Made by a program: the position numbers and the translations under genes. 64,000 nucleotides of DNA from Octopus vulgaris (lineage: Eukaryota), in contig OX597822.1 in assembly GCA_951406725.2 (NCBI GenBank), positions 38,998,001 through 39,062,000 of the forward strand, given 5' to 3'. Below the pieces are notes generated by a model. The model was not told the DNA's origin. It did not search any database and saw only the letters and a program-made list of their open reading frames with translations. This document shows, piece by piece, positions 1 through 12,562 of this stretch (the first letter of the stretch is position 1; every line of letters starts with the position of its first letter).

Positions 1-309
1 TGAAATTCAAACAAAACTACGAAACGATTCAATAAAATGCTGAACTTCAGAAAAAGAAAAAAGAAAAAGAAAAAAAGTCTTGCCATATTTCGCTTCCGTC
101 TGTTGATGGCGTGAATGCGAGGAATTTGGTGCCATCAGCATTATTATCGAGAGAAAACTGTCATTTATCTATATTCATGTTATCAAGGCCACTCTGTAGT
201 AAACATTATCTTTCGTAAACAAAACCTCTCTCACCCACTCATTGCTTTTAAACAAAAGCTATAGGCACCCTTCTTTAATTCTCTTTATCTCCCTCTTTTT
301 CTTATTTAT

Positions 310-575
310 TTCTTTATTTCTTTATTGTCCACAAGGAGCTAAACATAGAGGGGACAAACAAGGACAGACAAACGGATTATTAAGTCGATTACATCGACCT
401 CAGTGCGTAACCGGTACTTATTTAATCGACCCTGAAAGGATGAAAGGCAAAGTCGACCTCGGCGGAATTTGAACTCAGAACGTAACGGCAGACGAAATAC
501 CGCTAAGCATTTCGCCCGGCGCGCTAACGCCCTGCGCGCCCGGCACGCCCGGCACGCTCGGCGCGCTAACGTTGC
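310..575 (-). mobile_element. tRNA-derived SINE, family A
   Basis: Reverse complement of the repeat ggcggcgagctggcagaaacgttagc...gttcaaattcc (B-box-like)...gcctttcatcctttcggggtcgataaattaagtaccag. It recurs many times in the window (e.g. 2950-3156, 4612-4915, 43580-43793, 50878-51110, 55969-56203). The central block resembles the MetaSINE domain, from memory. Confidence 0.8.
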
Positions 576-738
576 CGCCATCTCCCTCTTCTTCTGTCTG
601 TCTGTCTTACCCCCTCTCACTTTCTCTCCCTGATTCACTCTCCTGCTACAATGCCCTTTTATTTCGATTTTAATTGTCTCTAAATATTCTCTTTCACTGC
701 TTATTATAATTACTATATTCACACTGTTCCTTCTAGAG

Positions 739-903
739 CAGTGCTCCGCAGCCTTTTTTCCCTTGCGGCACATTTATATTCACCTGAACTAAAAGTGTAA
801 CTTAAAATAAAGGGGAAAAATTATATTCTGGTTACCCTGCGGTACACCTAACATCGTCTCGCGGCACACTAGTATGCCACAGCATACCGGTTGCGGAGCA
901 CCG
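739..903. mobile_element. hAT-type MITE
   Basis: TIRs cagtgctccgcagcc / ggttgcggagcaccg. 8-bp TSD ttctagag (731-738) / ttctagac (904-911) with central TA. Subterminal gcggcaca motifs. Confidence 0.75.
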
Positions 904-1120
904 TTCTAGACTGCTGAGGTGACGTGAGTCGATGTGCAACTTCACCCTCCGTATGTTGATCTTTGTTGAAAAAACATGAACCGAAAGAGAATTCCAGATT
1001 TTCAGGACCTTTGTGGAGAAAAGATCGGGCGAAATAATTGGTTCATGTTTGGAACCGAAGAGTGAAACATGGCAGAAAATACAAAGAAAGAAGAGACTTA
1101 TGAATTAGGTGGACTTGCGG

Positions 1121-1270
1121 CACTAGCGTTGTTACAGTGTGTGCCGCCCGGGGCGGCCCTTCGGTTTGCCGTCCCCGGACACCACGAAAAACACATATTG
1201 CCTCAACAGACACAAAAGTGCCGCCCGGGGAAGACCATCCCCACGGCCCCACCCACAAGCTACGCTAGTG
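1121..1270. mobile_element. Small MITE (probably hAT-like)
   Basis: TIR cactagcgt / acgctagtg and two internal gtgccgcccgggg motifs. No clean TSD. Confidence 0.5.
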
Positions 1271-1322
1271 CTTGCCCCGAGGGCAGTAGATTGCTTACTA
1301 GTTAAGAATCGCATAAGCTGCT

Positions 1323-1640
1323 GCTGTTGCTGTTGAGCGAACAGTCTTCGTCCCAGAGCTCGCAAGACGGGAGAAGTCCGAAACGTGGTCCTTTGCTATT
1401 CGTAAGACCCGCAGAAGAGAATGCAGGTCAACCCCCGACACCGAGAGCATCGACGGATGGATGAATGCGCATCCAGGCTAAGCGGTTGCGTAGGAAGTCG
1501 GGGACAAGAAACAGGAAGAAAGAGTGAGAGAAAGTTGGGGCGAAAGAGTACAACAGGGGTCGCCACCACCCCGTGCCGGAGCCTCGTGGAGCTTTAGGTG
1601 TTTTCGCTCAATAAACACACACAACGCCCGGTCTGGGAAT
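1323..1640 (-). mobile_element. 5'-truncated SINE, family C (tRNA-Arg-like)
   Basis: Body matches the + strand copy at 17418 (gagcgaaaacacctaaa..gctccacgaggctccggca). Flanking duplication gcataagctgctg at 1310-1322 and 1641-1653. (CAACAG)n-like tail. Confidence 0.7.
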
Positions 1641-3472
1641 GCATAAGCTGCTGTAGCGTGGGCTGTTGCGACAGAGAGAGGACACAGTATGTTAGTGTGT
1701 CTGTATATGTATGTAATGATGAGAGAAGGTTTGAAATGGTATAATGGTTTATAGCTGGTGAGACTAGAAGAGCAGCAACTGTGATAGTAGATGTAGAAGG
1801 GATGGATAGAGCAGACAGAGTGGATCAATGATTGTAGTGTCTTGATAGAAGAAAGTTTGAGGTGGTACACAGTTTGTTGGTTCTGAGGAGTTGCAGCTGT
1901 GACAGTGGTGGTAAAAGAGCGCGGCCATTGTGTTCTTGGTGTTAATGGACTGGAGATTTATAATTTATCAATCAATCGATTGGTATATAATTAATGAGGT
2001 TTAGAATGCACAATGACCAACATGTACTAACAGTTGTATCAAATTAATAATAATGTAAGTTAGGAGGGTTATTGATCACATAACCAGGACAATAAGCTTC
2101 GCCTTCATCTACATACCAAAGCGAAACCAGGATAGCTATTCAGCCTTGTATTTGCAACCTGCGAGTATTGCGCATCTTTTCAACCATGGTCCCTCTTTTG
2201 TAGGACTTCATAAACTGTAACTTACTACAGTTTTAGGGGACGTTGACATAATGTTAGTAGAGGACCTTAATAGGTATTCCTTTAAAAAGCATTGGTGTTA
2301 TCGTTAGCCTTTTGAAGTTGCACCGTTGAGTCAGACTTTCTTCAGTGGTATTGTTTCTTGTTTAACTCAGGGCAGTCTTGATCAAACAGGCATAAAATGA
2401 AAGGTGTCCTAATGGTGATCATTGTGTCTTTTTCTAATCTCAGGGATTACACAACCCCACATATTCCTCAAAACGGTACAGCGTTATTTGTTACAGTTTG
2501 ACTCCTATTTCTAGCAATTCCTAGCTTGATTGTCTTCGAGTATGCGTTGAAAGAGATGTTAGTTGTGAGAACCACATTGATATTATCCCTTATATCACAC
2601 TTCCAACATTATCAAACCCCAAACACTCACTATTCCAGTATGACCCCACTTCGTTATCCCTCGTCCCCTTATTAAATATTTCATCCAATACGTTCTCGCT
2701 CCAGTCTATCTTACAAATACTTCCATATCTCAATCTCTCAATTATATCTTTAAGTATGTTTGAACCGTTTTCCTTCCCTCATTTTGTGTTCACCACATGT
2801 CTGTAATGTTGGCAAGGATCAACGTCCGCGAAACAGAATCCGAGAACTGTGGGCCCCGTGTCTACGGACAAACGAATACAGGAATAGACATTCTGTGTTT
2901 AAGGACAAACGAATATAAGAATAGAAATAATTATTCCTAATATAATAGTTTCAGATTTTGGTACAAGGCCAACAATTTCGGGGAAAGGGATAAATCAATT
3001 ACATCGACCCCAGTGCGTAACTGGTACTTATTTTATTGATCTCCGAATAGGATGAAAGGCAAAATTGACCTCGGTGGTATTTGAACTCAGAGCGTAAAGA
3101 CGGACGAAATGCCGCAAAGCATTTTGCCAGACGTGCTAACGATACTGCCAGCTCGCTACTTTAAATTGTTCCTACTACATTGATACATATAATGGATTTT
3201 ACATATGTGTATATCGTTGCTATTATGCAAAAGTGTCGTAAGTCCAAAACGTTGCTCTTTCAGAAAACGAAAAAATAGTTTCACCATTCCATAGCAAAAC
3301 CATTGTAATACACTTCGACAATTTTTGAGATCTTGGCATCTGAAGCAGCTGGAGATACAATAGTTTGACCAAAAGAACTGGCTTTTGCAAGCAAAAATAA
3401 ATATTGAAAAAAAAAACTGCATTTGGCCAAATTTGGACATATGATAGTTTAACATAATAGCAACGATATATA

Positions 3473-4056
3473 CAGAGGTTGAACAAATTAAATGCCTTAA
3501 AATTTCAAACAAATTTATTTTAATATGGGGTAGGACCGCTTTAGACAGTAATTACAGCTTGAATTATACGAGGTATGGACTCATACAAAGTTTGAATTGT
3601 TTCCAAAGAAATTTTTGTCCATTCTTCTACTAAAACAGTCTCTTGTTCTTGTAGTGATGATGGTGGGAATATTGACTCCTTACTTGTTTTTCTAAAATGC
3701 ACCATAAATGTTCAATAATATTGAGATCTGGGGACTGTGATGGCCAGATAAGATGTTCAATTTCACTAAAATGTTCCTCCTGCCTTTCAGTAACAACTTT
3801 AGCTGTGTGAATTGGTGCTTTATCATCCCGAAAGATTGCATTTTCCTCCGGAAACAGTTTCGCAACCATATGATGAATTTGATGAGATAAAATGCTTAAA
3901 TAGTCTTGACTATTAATTCTGCCATGAAGGGAAACCATTGGGCCGACGGATTTCCAAGATATAGCCCCCCCACCCAGATTATCACAGATCCTCCTCCATG
4001 TTTAACAGTTGGAAGAAGGCAGTCTGGGTCAAATGCTTCTTTTGGCTGTTTCCAAC
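3473..4056 (-). mobile_element. Tc1 transposon, 3' portion (degenerate)
   Basis: ORF 3630-3938 carries the Tc1 catalytic motifs DDKAPIH and WPSQSPDLNIIEHLW. End cagaggttgaacaaa next to TA. Same family as 21704-22982. Confidence 0.85.
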
Positions 4057-4909
4057 AATTCGCGTAAGAGTCCGACGGTCTCTATCTGAAAGTTTTGGTT
4101 TCAGATATAATACTTAGCAGCATTTCGCCCGTCGCTACGTTCTGAGTTCAAATTCCGTCGAAGTCGACTTTACCTTTCCTCCTTTCGGAGTCGATACAAC
4201 AAGTACCAGTTATGTACTGAAGTCAATGTAATCGGCTCGCCCGCTCTCCCAAAACGTCAGGCCTTGTGCCAATAGTAGAAAGGATTATTATTATCATTAT
4301 TATTGTTAAATTTAAGCAAAAATAAAAAGCTTTGTAAGTTTTCCGACAAATAACATCAAGGACAATAAAACTATGCTTATTTTTAAAAGTATATTTAAGG
4401 TTATTAGTTTAGATAGCAATCTTAGAATTGGGGGAATTCCTCTTACGAACTGGTCTGTGGCTGCCAAGCAAGCAAAAAGAAATTGATGAACTCTCCTGTT
4501 CGAAGGTTTATAGACGCAGGTTCGTGCGTCATGTACCTTGCTAGAGGCGATCGCCCTTCGGAGCTAATCAACAGCAGCATTCGTCCTATTTCTCTAGATT
4601 GCCATGTTATTATTACCCTAGTGCGTAACTGGTACTTATTTAATCGACCCCGAAAGGATGAAAGGCAAAGTCAACCTCGGCGGAATTTGAACTCAGAACA
4701 ATTTCTTTATTACCCACAAGGGGCTAAAAACAGAGAGGACAAACAAGGATAGACAAAGGGATTAAGTCGATTACATCGACCCCAGTGCGTAACTGGTACT
4801 TATTTTATCGACCCCGAAAGGATGAAAGGCAAAGTCGACCTCGGCGGAATTTGAACTCAGACGAAATATCGCTAAGCATTTCGCCCGGCGTGCTAACGTT
4901 TCTGTCAGG

Positions 4910-5760
4910 TTGCCGTCAAAATCACGATAAACCTTCGTGATCGCTTCAGACCGGCTAGCATGGCAGCTCGTGAGACCATTGGCACTGGATAGCGACCCAT
5001 TAGCGACGACACGGTACGACGTCGACTGTCCGCCAACAACCTGCGTTGCCGTTGTCCTGCTCGAGGGCTTGTCCTCACCGCCTACCACCGCCAGGCAGGA
5101 CTACAGTGGGCCACACAGCACCGACATTGGTGGTGTCAACAATGGAGGTCTATAGTCTTCTCTGACGAGAACCAGTAATACATCTCCACCTCGGATGGCA
5201 GAGTGAGGGTAGCGTAGGACGGGGTGAACGCTACAGAGACGCATGTATCATGGGGGAGAGACGCGTGGGGTGGCCAAAGCATCATGGGTTGGGGTGCTAT
5301 AGGCCGAAATCAGAGAATTGGGCCCCATTTGTTTCAAAATGTCGGTGCAGGCGGAAGGAATGGCGTCACAGCGCAGCGCTGCGTTGGCCAGATCCTAAGA
5401 CCGCAATTTGTGCCCTTCTTCGCGCATCGCCATAGCCTTGTGTTCCAGCAGGACAATGCTGCCTCCAACACAGCCAGGGTGACCGTGGACTTCCTGCGTC
5501 AGCACAACATCGGAACCATGCCGTGGCCGGCTCTTAGCCCAGATTTGAACCTAATTAAACATCTGTGGGGTGAAACCCAGGGACAGCTGAACCAGGTGGT
5601 ACCAAGGCCGACGACTCGTGTGGAACTGGAGGTAGCTTACCTCAGGGTGTAGACACAGGTGCCAATGGCTTTTGTGAACCGCCTCATGCACTCCATGTAC
5701 CGACGGTGTTTGGCCGTTTTGAACATCCAGGGAGGGCATACACTGTATTGAACATGTCAC
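4910..5760 (+). mobile_element. Tc1-family transposase fragment (rearranged)
   Basis: ORF 5224-5652 has GGQSIMGWGAIG, VFQQDNA and WPALSPDLNLIKHLW. VFSDE-like sequence lies just upstream at ~5155. Confidence 0.8.
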
Positions 5761-5889
5761 GCCCTACAATCTCGAAATGGTAGATTCATCCACTGCCAGA
5801 ACATATGATAACGACCCATAGACTGTGGTCAAAGTGCATCCAAGAAATCGACTTTATTAGATTTATCAAAATTTATCTCAGACATAATT

Positions 5890-6653
5890 TTTTCTACTCT
5901 AGGAACAAGGCCCAAAATTTTGGGGGAGGGGGCCAGTCGATTAGATCGACCCCAGTATGCAACTGGTACTTAATTTATCGATCCTGAAAGGATGAAAAGC
6001 AAAGCTGACCTCGGCGGAATTTGAGCTCTGAACATAAAGACAGACGAAATACCTATTTCTTTACTACCCACAAGGGGCTAAACACAGAAGGGACAAACAA
6101 GGACAGACACATGGATTAAGTCGATTATATGGACCCCTGTGCGTAACTGGTATTTATTTAATCGACCCCGAAAGAATGAAAGGCAAAGCTGACCTCGGCG
6201 GAATTTGAACTCAGAACGCAAAAACAGACGAAATACCTATTTCTTTACTACCCACAAGGGGCTAAACACAGAAGGGACAAACAAGGACAGACAAATGGAT
6301 TAAGTCGATTATATGGACCCCTGTGCGTAACTGGTATTTATTTAATCGACCCCGAAAGAATGAAAGGCAAAGCTGACCTCGGCGGAATTTGAACTCAGAA
6401 CGCAAAAACAGACGAAATACCTATTTCTTTACTACCCACAAGGGGCTAAACAAAGAAGGGACAAACAAGGACAGACAAATGGATTAAGTCGATTATATTG
6501 ACCCCAGTGCGTAACTGGTATTTATTTAATCGACCCCGAAAGAATGAAAGGCAAAGTCGACCTCGGCGGAATTTGAACTCAGAACGTAACGGCAAACGAA
6601 ATACCGCTAAGCATTTCGCCCGGCGTGCCAACGTTTCTGCCAGGTCGCCGCCC
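5890..6653 (-). mobile_element. SINE family A with head-to-tail 184-bp tandem copies of its 3' part
   Basis: The gacgaaatac motif recurs at 6043, 6227, 6411 and ~6595 (period 184). The tRNA-like head is present once at ~6600-6653. Confidence 0.8.
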
Positions 6654-6708
6654 TAAATTGTGAGCCCGACGCTCCAACGACTGAGCCATGCGTCTTCATT
6701 TATCTCTG

Positions 6709-7095
6709 ACTAGCGGTATCGCCCGGCGTTGCTCGGGTTTGTAAGGGAAATAACTATAAAGCATTTTTAGAGAGTTATAGCCAAAAAATAGCAAAAAAAT
6801 GGGAAAAAAATTATGGTAAATTTTTTTTTGATAGTTAAAAAGGCCGAGTTGCGTCCCCTAGACCATCTGCGGTTTGTGTTTCTGATTGTCGACCCCATGT
6901 CGAATTTATCGATCTTTTTCAGAACTGGGGGAACTTTTCAAAACTTTCGCTGCGTTAGTTTTGAATTATTACATTGGGCTATGTGTGTGTCAAGTTTCAT
7001 CAGAATCGGTTGAAAGCCGTGGTCAGAGTGAGGGTACAAGCAAACAGACACACAGAAACACGCACAGACAAACTGCCGTTTATATATAGAGAGAT
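6709..7095 (+). mobile_element. Helentron/HINE-like non-autonomous element
   Basis: Starts actagc..cgcccggcgttgctcggg (short hairpin), has caagtttcatcagaatcgg internally, and ends (acag/acac)n-aaactgccgtttatatatagag. This layout is typical of DINE-1/HINE elements. Confidence 0.55.
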
Positions 7096-7291
7096 ATAAT
7101 AAAATTAAGACATATTTCACAGTCACACACGTCTCGTGTTTCTTTTGCAGTTCAGTGTATATCACCGAAAAAAATAACGAATATCTTTAAAATATAACGG
7201 AAAATAACTTGTCTATGCGCGCTCGTCTGTGTGTGTGTGTGTGTGTGTTTGTGTCTGTCTGTCTGTATGTCTGTCTATTTGTCTGTGTCTG

Positions 7292-7450
7292 TCCACCACC
7301 ACCACCACCGCCACCACCACCACCACCACCACCGCCACCACTACCACCACTACCACCACCACCACTACCACCACCACCACCACCACCACCACCACCACCA
7401 CCACCACCACCACCACCACCACCACCACCACCACCACCACCACCCACTAC
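7292..7450. repeat. (CCA)n microsatellite inside a SINE family B 3' part
   Basis: Direct inspection. Source of the poly-P/T/H/G/V ORFs. Confidence 0.95.
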
Positions 7451-7638
7451 CGCTTGACAACCGGTGTTGGTATTTTAGTAACTTAGCGGTTCGGCAAAAG
7501 AGGCCGATAGAATAAGTGTCGGGCTTTACAAAAAAAAAGTATTGGGGCTGAGTTGTTCGACTAAAATTCCTTAAGGCTGCGCTCCAGCATGGCCCCAGTC
7601 GAAGATAAAAAATGTATGTGTGTATGCATGTATGAATG

Positions 7639-7915
7639 CCGTGCCGGATTTACCATTGTGCTTAGGCACAGACCCTCGTTGACCAGGGGTCCCTGGTCAA
7701 CGAGGCCCTATCCAAGTAAGGGGCCTCACAACGGAACCCTGTCCACGTAAGGGGCCTCACAATTTAACTAGCACAGGGTCTTATTTGTCCTAAATCCGGC
7801 ACTGTATATATGTATGTCTATCCAAGTAAGGGGCCTCACAACGGAGCCCTGTCCACGTAAGGGGGCCTCACAAATTAACTAGCACAGGGTCTTATTTGTC
7901 CTAAATCTGGCACTG
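7639..7915. mobile_element. hAT-like MITE with duplicated 3' end
   Basis: TIR ccgtgccggattta / taaatccggcactg (ends 7804). About 110 bp of the 3' end is repeated in tandem to 7915. Confidence 0.55.
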
Positions 7916-8069
7916 TATATATGTATGTATGTATGTATGTATATGTATGTCTCTTCTATTTTTCAAGTATTATAAATCTTCCACTGACGAGGGACCCGGT
8001 TTCCAACAAAGATACAAGGCTCCATCTTTGGGATGCAGTTAACAGGAGTGGCTGTGTGGCAAGTAGCTA

Positions 8070-8209
8070 GGCGCAGGAGTGGCTGTGTGGTAAGTAGCTT
8101 GCTTACCAATCACATGGTGGCACCTTGGGCAAGTGTCTTCTACTATAGCTTCGGGCCACCCAAAGCCTTGTGAGTGGATCTGGTAGACGGAAACTGAAAG
8201 AAGCCCGTC

Positions 8210-8261
<52 letters not shown>

Positions 8262-8481
8262 GCATGTGTGTGTATATGTTTGTGTGTCTGTGTTTGTCCC
8301 CCAACATCTCTTGACAACCGATGGTGGTGTGTTTACGTCCCTGTCAATTTGCGGTTCGGCAAAAGATCCCGATTGAATAAGTACTAGGCTTACAAAGAAT
8401 AAGTCCTGGGGTCGATTTGTTAAATTAAAGGCAGTGCTCCAGCATGGCCGCAGTCAAATGACTGAAACAAGTAAAAGAGAT
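8070..8481 (+). mobile_element. tRNA-derived SINE, family B, with internal (TA)n/(TG)n
   Basis: ggcgcaggagtggctgtgtggtaag head, ccttgggcaagtg (CORE-like) block, microsatellite middle, gaaacaagtaaaagag tail. Many copies, e.g. 10045-10465, 11710-12075, 20050-20528, 26175-26570, 38750-39167. Confidence 0.8.
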
Positions 8482-8499
8482 AAATTCACATTTGGAACT

Positions 8500-9010
8500 T
8501 GTGAAAAGTCTTTCATATCTTTACTGTTCCACTCACAGATTGCACTTGTAATGTACGAATTAGCTGGTCAATATATCCTTCCGAAAATCCTAGTTTATCT
8601 AGATTCTCTTTTAAGCATTTACTAACAAAACCTAGTGCTCCAATTATTATTGGTATGAATAAATATAAATAAATGCGCCCTTTTAAAGCCTAGCCAGACT
8701 CATGGGCCCGGTTTCCCCGTTTCAATGGCGTATGTTTTCCCCAGCTGGACGGGACGCCAGTCCATCGCAGCGTTAGTCATTTTTGCCAGCCGAGTGGACT
8801 GGAGCAACGTGAAATGAAGTGTTTTGCTCAAGAACACAACGCGTCGCCCGATCTAGGAATCGAAACCACAATCTTACGATCATGATGCTGACACCCTAAC
8901 CACTAAGCCACGCGCTTCCACATTGGTATGAATATGAATTCATAATCTGGATATAGAAGCAAGGGGTTTCGAAGCAGTTGTCCATAGATATTCTCTTTTT
9001 CTTTGATTTT
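8500..9010 (-). mobile_element. RLE-type (R4/Dong/NeSL-like) non-LTR retrotransposon fragment interrupted by a SINE
   Basis: The minus strand reads LLYPDYEFIFIPIIIGALGFVSKCL once the SINE at 8662-8921 is removed. The SINE has a 13-bp TSD attggtatgaata at 8649-8661 and 8922-8934. Confidence 0.7.
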
Positions 9011-9112
9011 CAAAAATGTATGTATGTATGTATGTATGTATGTATGTATGTATGTATGTATGTATGTATGTATGTATGTATGTATGTATGTATGTATGTA
9101 TGTATGTATGTA

Positions 9113-9161
<49 letters not shown>

Positions 9162-9651
9162 ATGTATGTATGTATGTGTGCATATATGTACTTGCTTGTA
9201 TATTTTAATGCAAGTTCTCTTTTTTATGAACATACAATTTTATCGAGGTCTAAGAAGATAAAAGAATTAGTTTGGTCCCGCTTTCTCTGATAAAACTTGC
9301 TAATTAATCATATCGTTTTCTTTTCGCAGCGACGCCAATATTCTAAGCTTAACAACTGATACATCTTAAATGGGTTTTCAAAATATCTGATGACCCTGTA
9401 TGATGAATCATTATAAATAAATTAGTAGATATATGGGCAAGTAGATTTCTATCTTGATTTTTGCATAATTTACAGGTTTTTGTTGGAGATATAAAATGTA
9501 CCTAATGTAGTAAGTGCAAAAGTGTGTATAGATATAATCGTGTACATACGTGTGTGTATAAGTACTATGTTATATGCAACGGTATATGAGAAAGGAATGC
9601 GCTAATCATGAACGGACTTGAACAGAATACATTACTCGGCAACTTTATTGG

Positions 9652-9748
<97 letters not shown>

Positions 9749-10000
9749 ATACTCACACAGTACTGGCTTTGCGCGGTTTCGCTTAAGCACAATATCGATT
9801 ACGGTTTTGGTTCAATTTTCTTTCCTCATCTCATAGGTGAAGGTGTGGCTGCGTGGAAAGAAGCTTGCCTCCCTGCCACATGGTTCTGGATTCGGTTCCC
9901 ACTGCATGACATCTTGGGGAAGTGTCTTTTACTATATCACCTCGAGCTGGCCAAAGCCTTGTGAGGGGATTTGGTGGATGGAGACTGAAAGAAGCCCGTC

Positions 10001-10042
<42 letters not shown>

Positions 10043-10245
10043 TCTCTCTTCTACTTGTTTCAGTGATTTGACTGCGGTCATGCTGGAGCACCGCCTTTAA
10101 TCGGGCAAATCGACCTCGGGACTTCTTCTTTGTAAGCCTAGTACTTATTCTATCGGTCTCTTTTGCCGAACCGCTAAGTTACGGGGACGCAAACACAGCA
10201 GCCTCGGTTGTCAAGCGATGTTGGGGGGACAAACACAGACACACG

Positions 10246-10302
<57 letters not shown>

Positions 10303-10462
10303 GACGGGCTTCTTTCAGTTTCCGTCTACCAAATCCACTCACAAGGCTTTGGTCGGCCCGAGGCTATAGTCGAAGACACTTGCCGAAAGTGCCACGCAGT
10401 GAGACTGAACCTGGATCCATGTGGCTGGTAAGCAAGCTACTTATCATACAGCCAGTCCTGCA

Positions 10463-10522
<60 letters not shown>

Positions 10523-10746
10523 TAATGATGAAGTAAATATATAAATTAGGGTTAGGGTTAATTTATATATTTACTTCGTCATTATATTCACTGCGGTGGT
10601 ATTTTGACCATATAGCACTTGGAGTGTAGACAGGCAATTTAAACTGGTTGTGTGCATACGTATATGTGCATACGTATATGTGTGTATATGTGCGTATATG
10701 TAAGTATTCGTATGTTGTATATATGTATATATTTGTATTTATGTAT

Positions 10747-10804
10747 ATTCCACTGATGAGGCAAAGAATTTCTTATGCAAAGCTAGAAATCCGGGATCTG
10801 GAAT
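10747..10804 (+). ncRNA. Type I hammerhead-like motif
   Basis: Stem I attcca/tggaat, core CTGATGA, weak stem II ggc..gct plus an extra A, GAAA, near-palindromic stem III atccgggat, AUC site. Lies within a (TA)n-flanked element at ~10520-10950. Confidence 0.6.
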
Positions 10805-11809
10805 TATCCAATAATTTTTTGCTAGTTTATTTTGTTTCTTTGTCTTCTCTCCTGGTGCTGTATGAATATTTGATGTGGTTTTACTGTCCAGTTTTGACTG
10901 CTATCTCTAGCATGATGGTATCTTTTAGATACTCTTAGTTATAATATTAATATATATATATATATATGTGTGTGTGTGTTTAGGTGTCTTTATGCCTGTG
11001 TTTGTTCCTCGCCACCGCTTGGCAACCGGTGTTGGTATGTTTACGTCCCGTAACTTAGCGGTTCAGCAAAAGAGACCGATACAATAAGTGCCAGGCTTTC
11101 AAAATGTACCGGGGTGGATTCGTTCGACTGAAATTCTTCAAAAGCGGTGCCCCTTGCATGGCCGCAGTCTAATGACTGAAGCAAATAAAAAAATAGAAGA
11201 TAAAAGATCTTACGTACACAGAAAAAATGTTTCGTTATTTCTATCTCTTTAAATCTTCAGAAAATCTTGCAGATTTCTATAGTCCCAGATAATTCGATCA
11301 TTTGTGGTATAAGATCACCAAGATCCCAAGTTTAGCCATACTTTACTCCAGACAGGCTGGTATGTATCCTGTTGCTTCAATGATTGTAGGTAAGAAGCTG
11401 GAAGTGTATCTTGGGTATTGGATTTGCAAACTCCTTATCAATACTCTCTTTACTCTTTTACTTGTTTCAGTCATTTGACTGTGGCCATGCTGGAGCACCA
11501 CCTTTAGTCGAGCAAATCGACGCCAGGACTTATGCTTTGTAAGCCTAGTACTATCGGTCTCTTTTGCTGAACCGCTAGGTTACGGGGACGTAAACACATC
11601 AGCATCAGTTGTCAAGCGATGTTGGGGGGGGGGGGGCAAACACAGACACACAAACATATACACACACATACATACATACATACATACATACATACATACA
11701 TACATACACCTTGCGTGGCACCTTGGGCAAGTGTCTTCTACTATAGCCTCGGGCCGACCAAAGCCTTGTGAGTGGATTTGGTAGACGAAACTGAAAGAAG
11801 CCCGTCGTA

Positions 11810-11849
<40 letters not shown>

Positions 11850-12075
11850 CGTGTATGTTTGTATGTCTGTGTTTGTCCCCCAGAATCGCTTGACAACCGA
11901 TGCTGGTGTATTTATGTCCCCGTCACTTAGCGGTTCGGCAAAAGAGACCGATAGAATAAGTACTGGGCTTACAAAGAATAAGTCCCGGGGTCGAGTTGCT
12001 CGATTAAAGGTGGTGCTCCAGCATGGCCGCAGTCAAATGACTGAAACAAGTAAAAGAGAGAGAAAAAAGAGAGAG

Positions 12076-12106
<31 letters not shown>

Positions 12107-12284
12107 ATACATATATAGGAGGGGCTTCTTTCAGTTTCCGTCTACCAAATCCACTCACAAGGCTTTGGTCGGCCCGAGGCTATAGTAGAAGACACTTGCC
12201 GAAGGTGCCACGCGGCGGGACTGAACCCGGAACTATGTGGTTGGTAAGCAAGCTACTTACCACACAGCCAGTCCTACGCCTATA

Positions 12285-12550
12285 GATGTCTTCTTTCTCT
12301 TGTATTTTTCTAACCACATTGCTGTGGAGATGGCAGCTGATTTCCACAGCAGAACATATCTTTTCCTTGTTGTCCCACACAATGATATCTGGCCGGTGGT
12401 GTTTTAACCTGGTGGCTCTTTTAATTTTTAAGTTCCATCAATTTTTATTTTGACTCATCGGTCTCCATATTGTAAACTTCGTCTGTGTTTTCTTTTTTGT
12501 TATTCTGTTCCAGACTGTTCTCACCACGGCATCATTCCTCACGAGAAGAT
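12285..12550 (-). mobile_element. RLE-type LINE fragment (restriction-like endonuclease)
   Basis: The minus strand gives RPDIIVWDNKEKICSAVEISC (PD..E motif). Homologous to 32830-33030. Confidence 0.7.
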
Positions 12551-12562
12551 AATGTATGTATC

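Noticed and set aside
1362-1396. Hammerhead-like gga..tcc GAAAC gtg GTC ctttgc
   Set aside because: The CUGANGA half of the core is absent and the motif is antisense to the SINE.
1655-2300. Possible CR1/L2-type LINE 3' remnant
   Set aside because: Too degenerate to support a call by eye.
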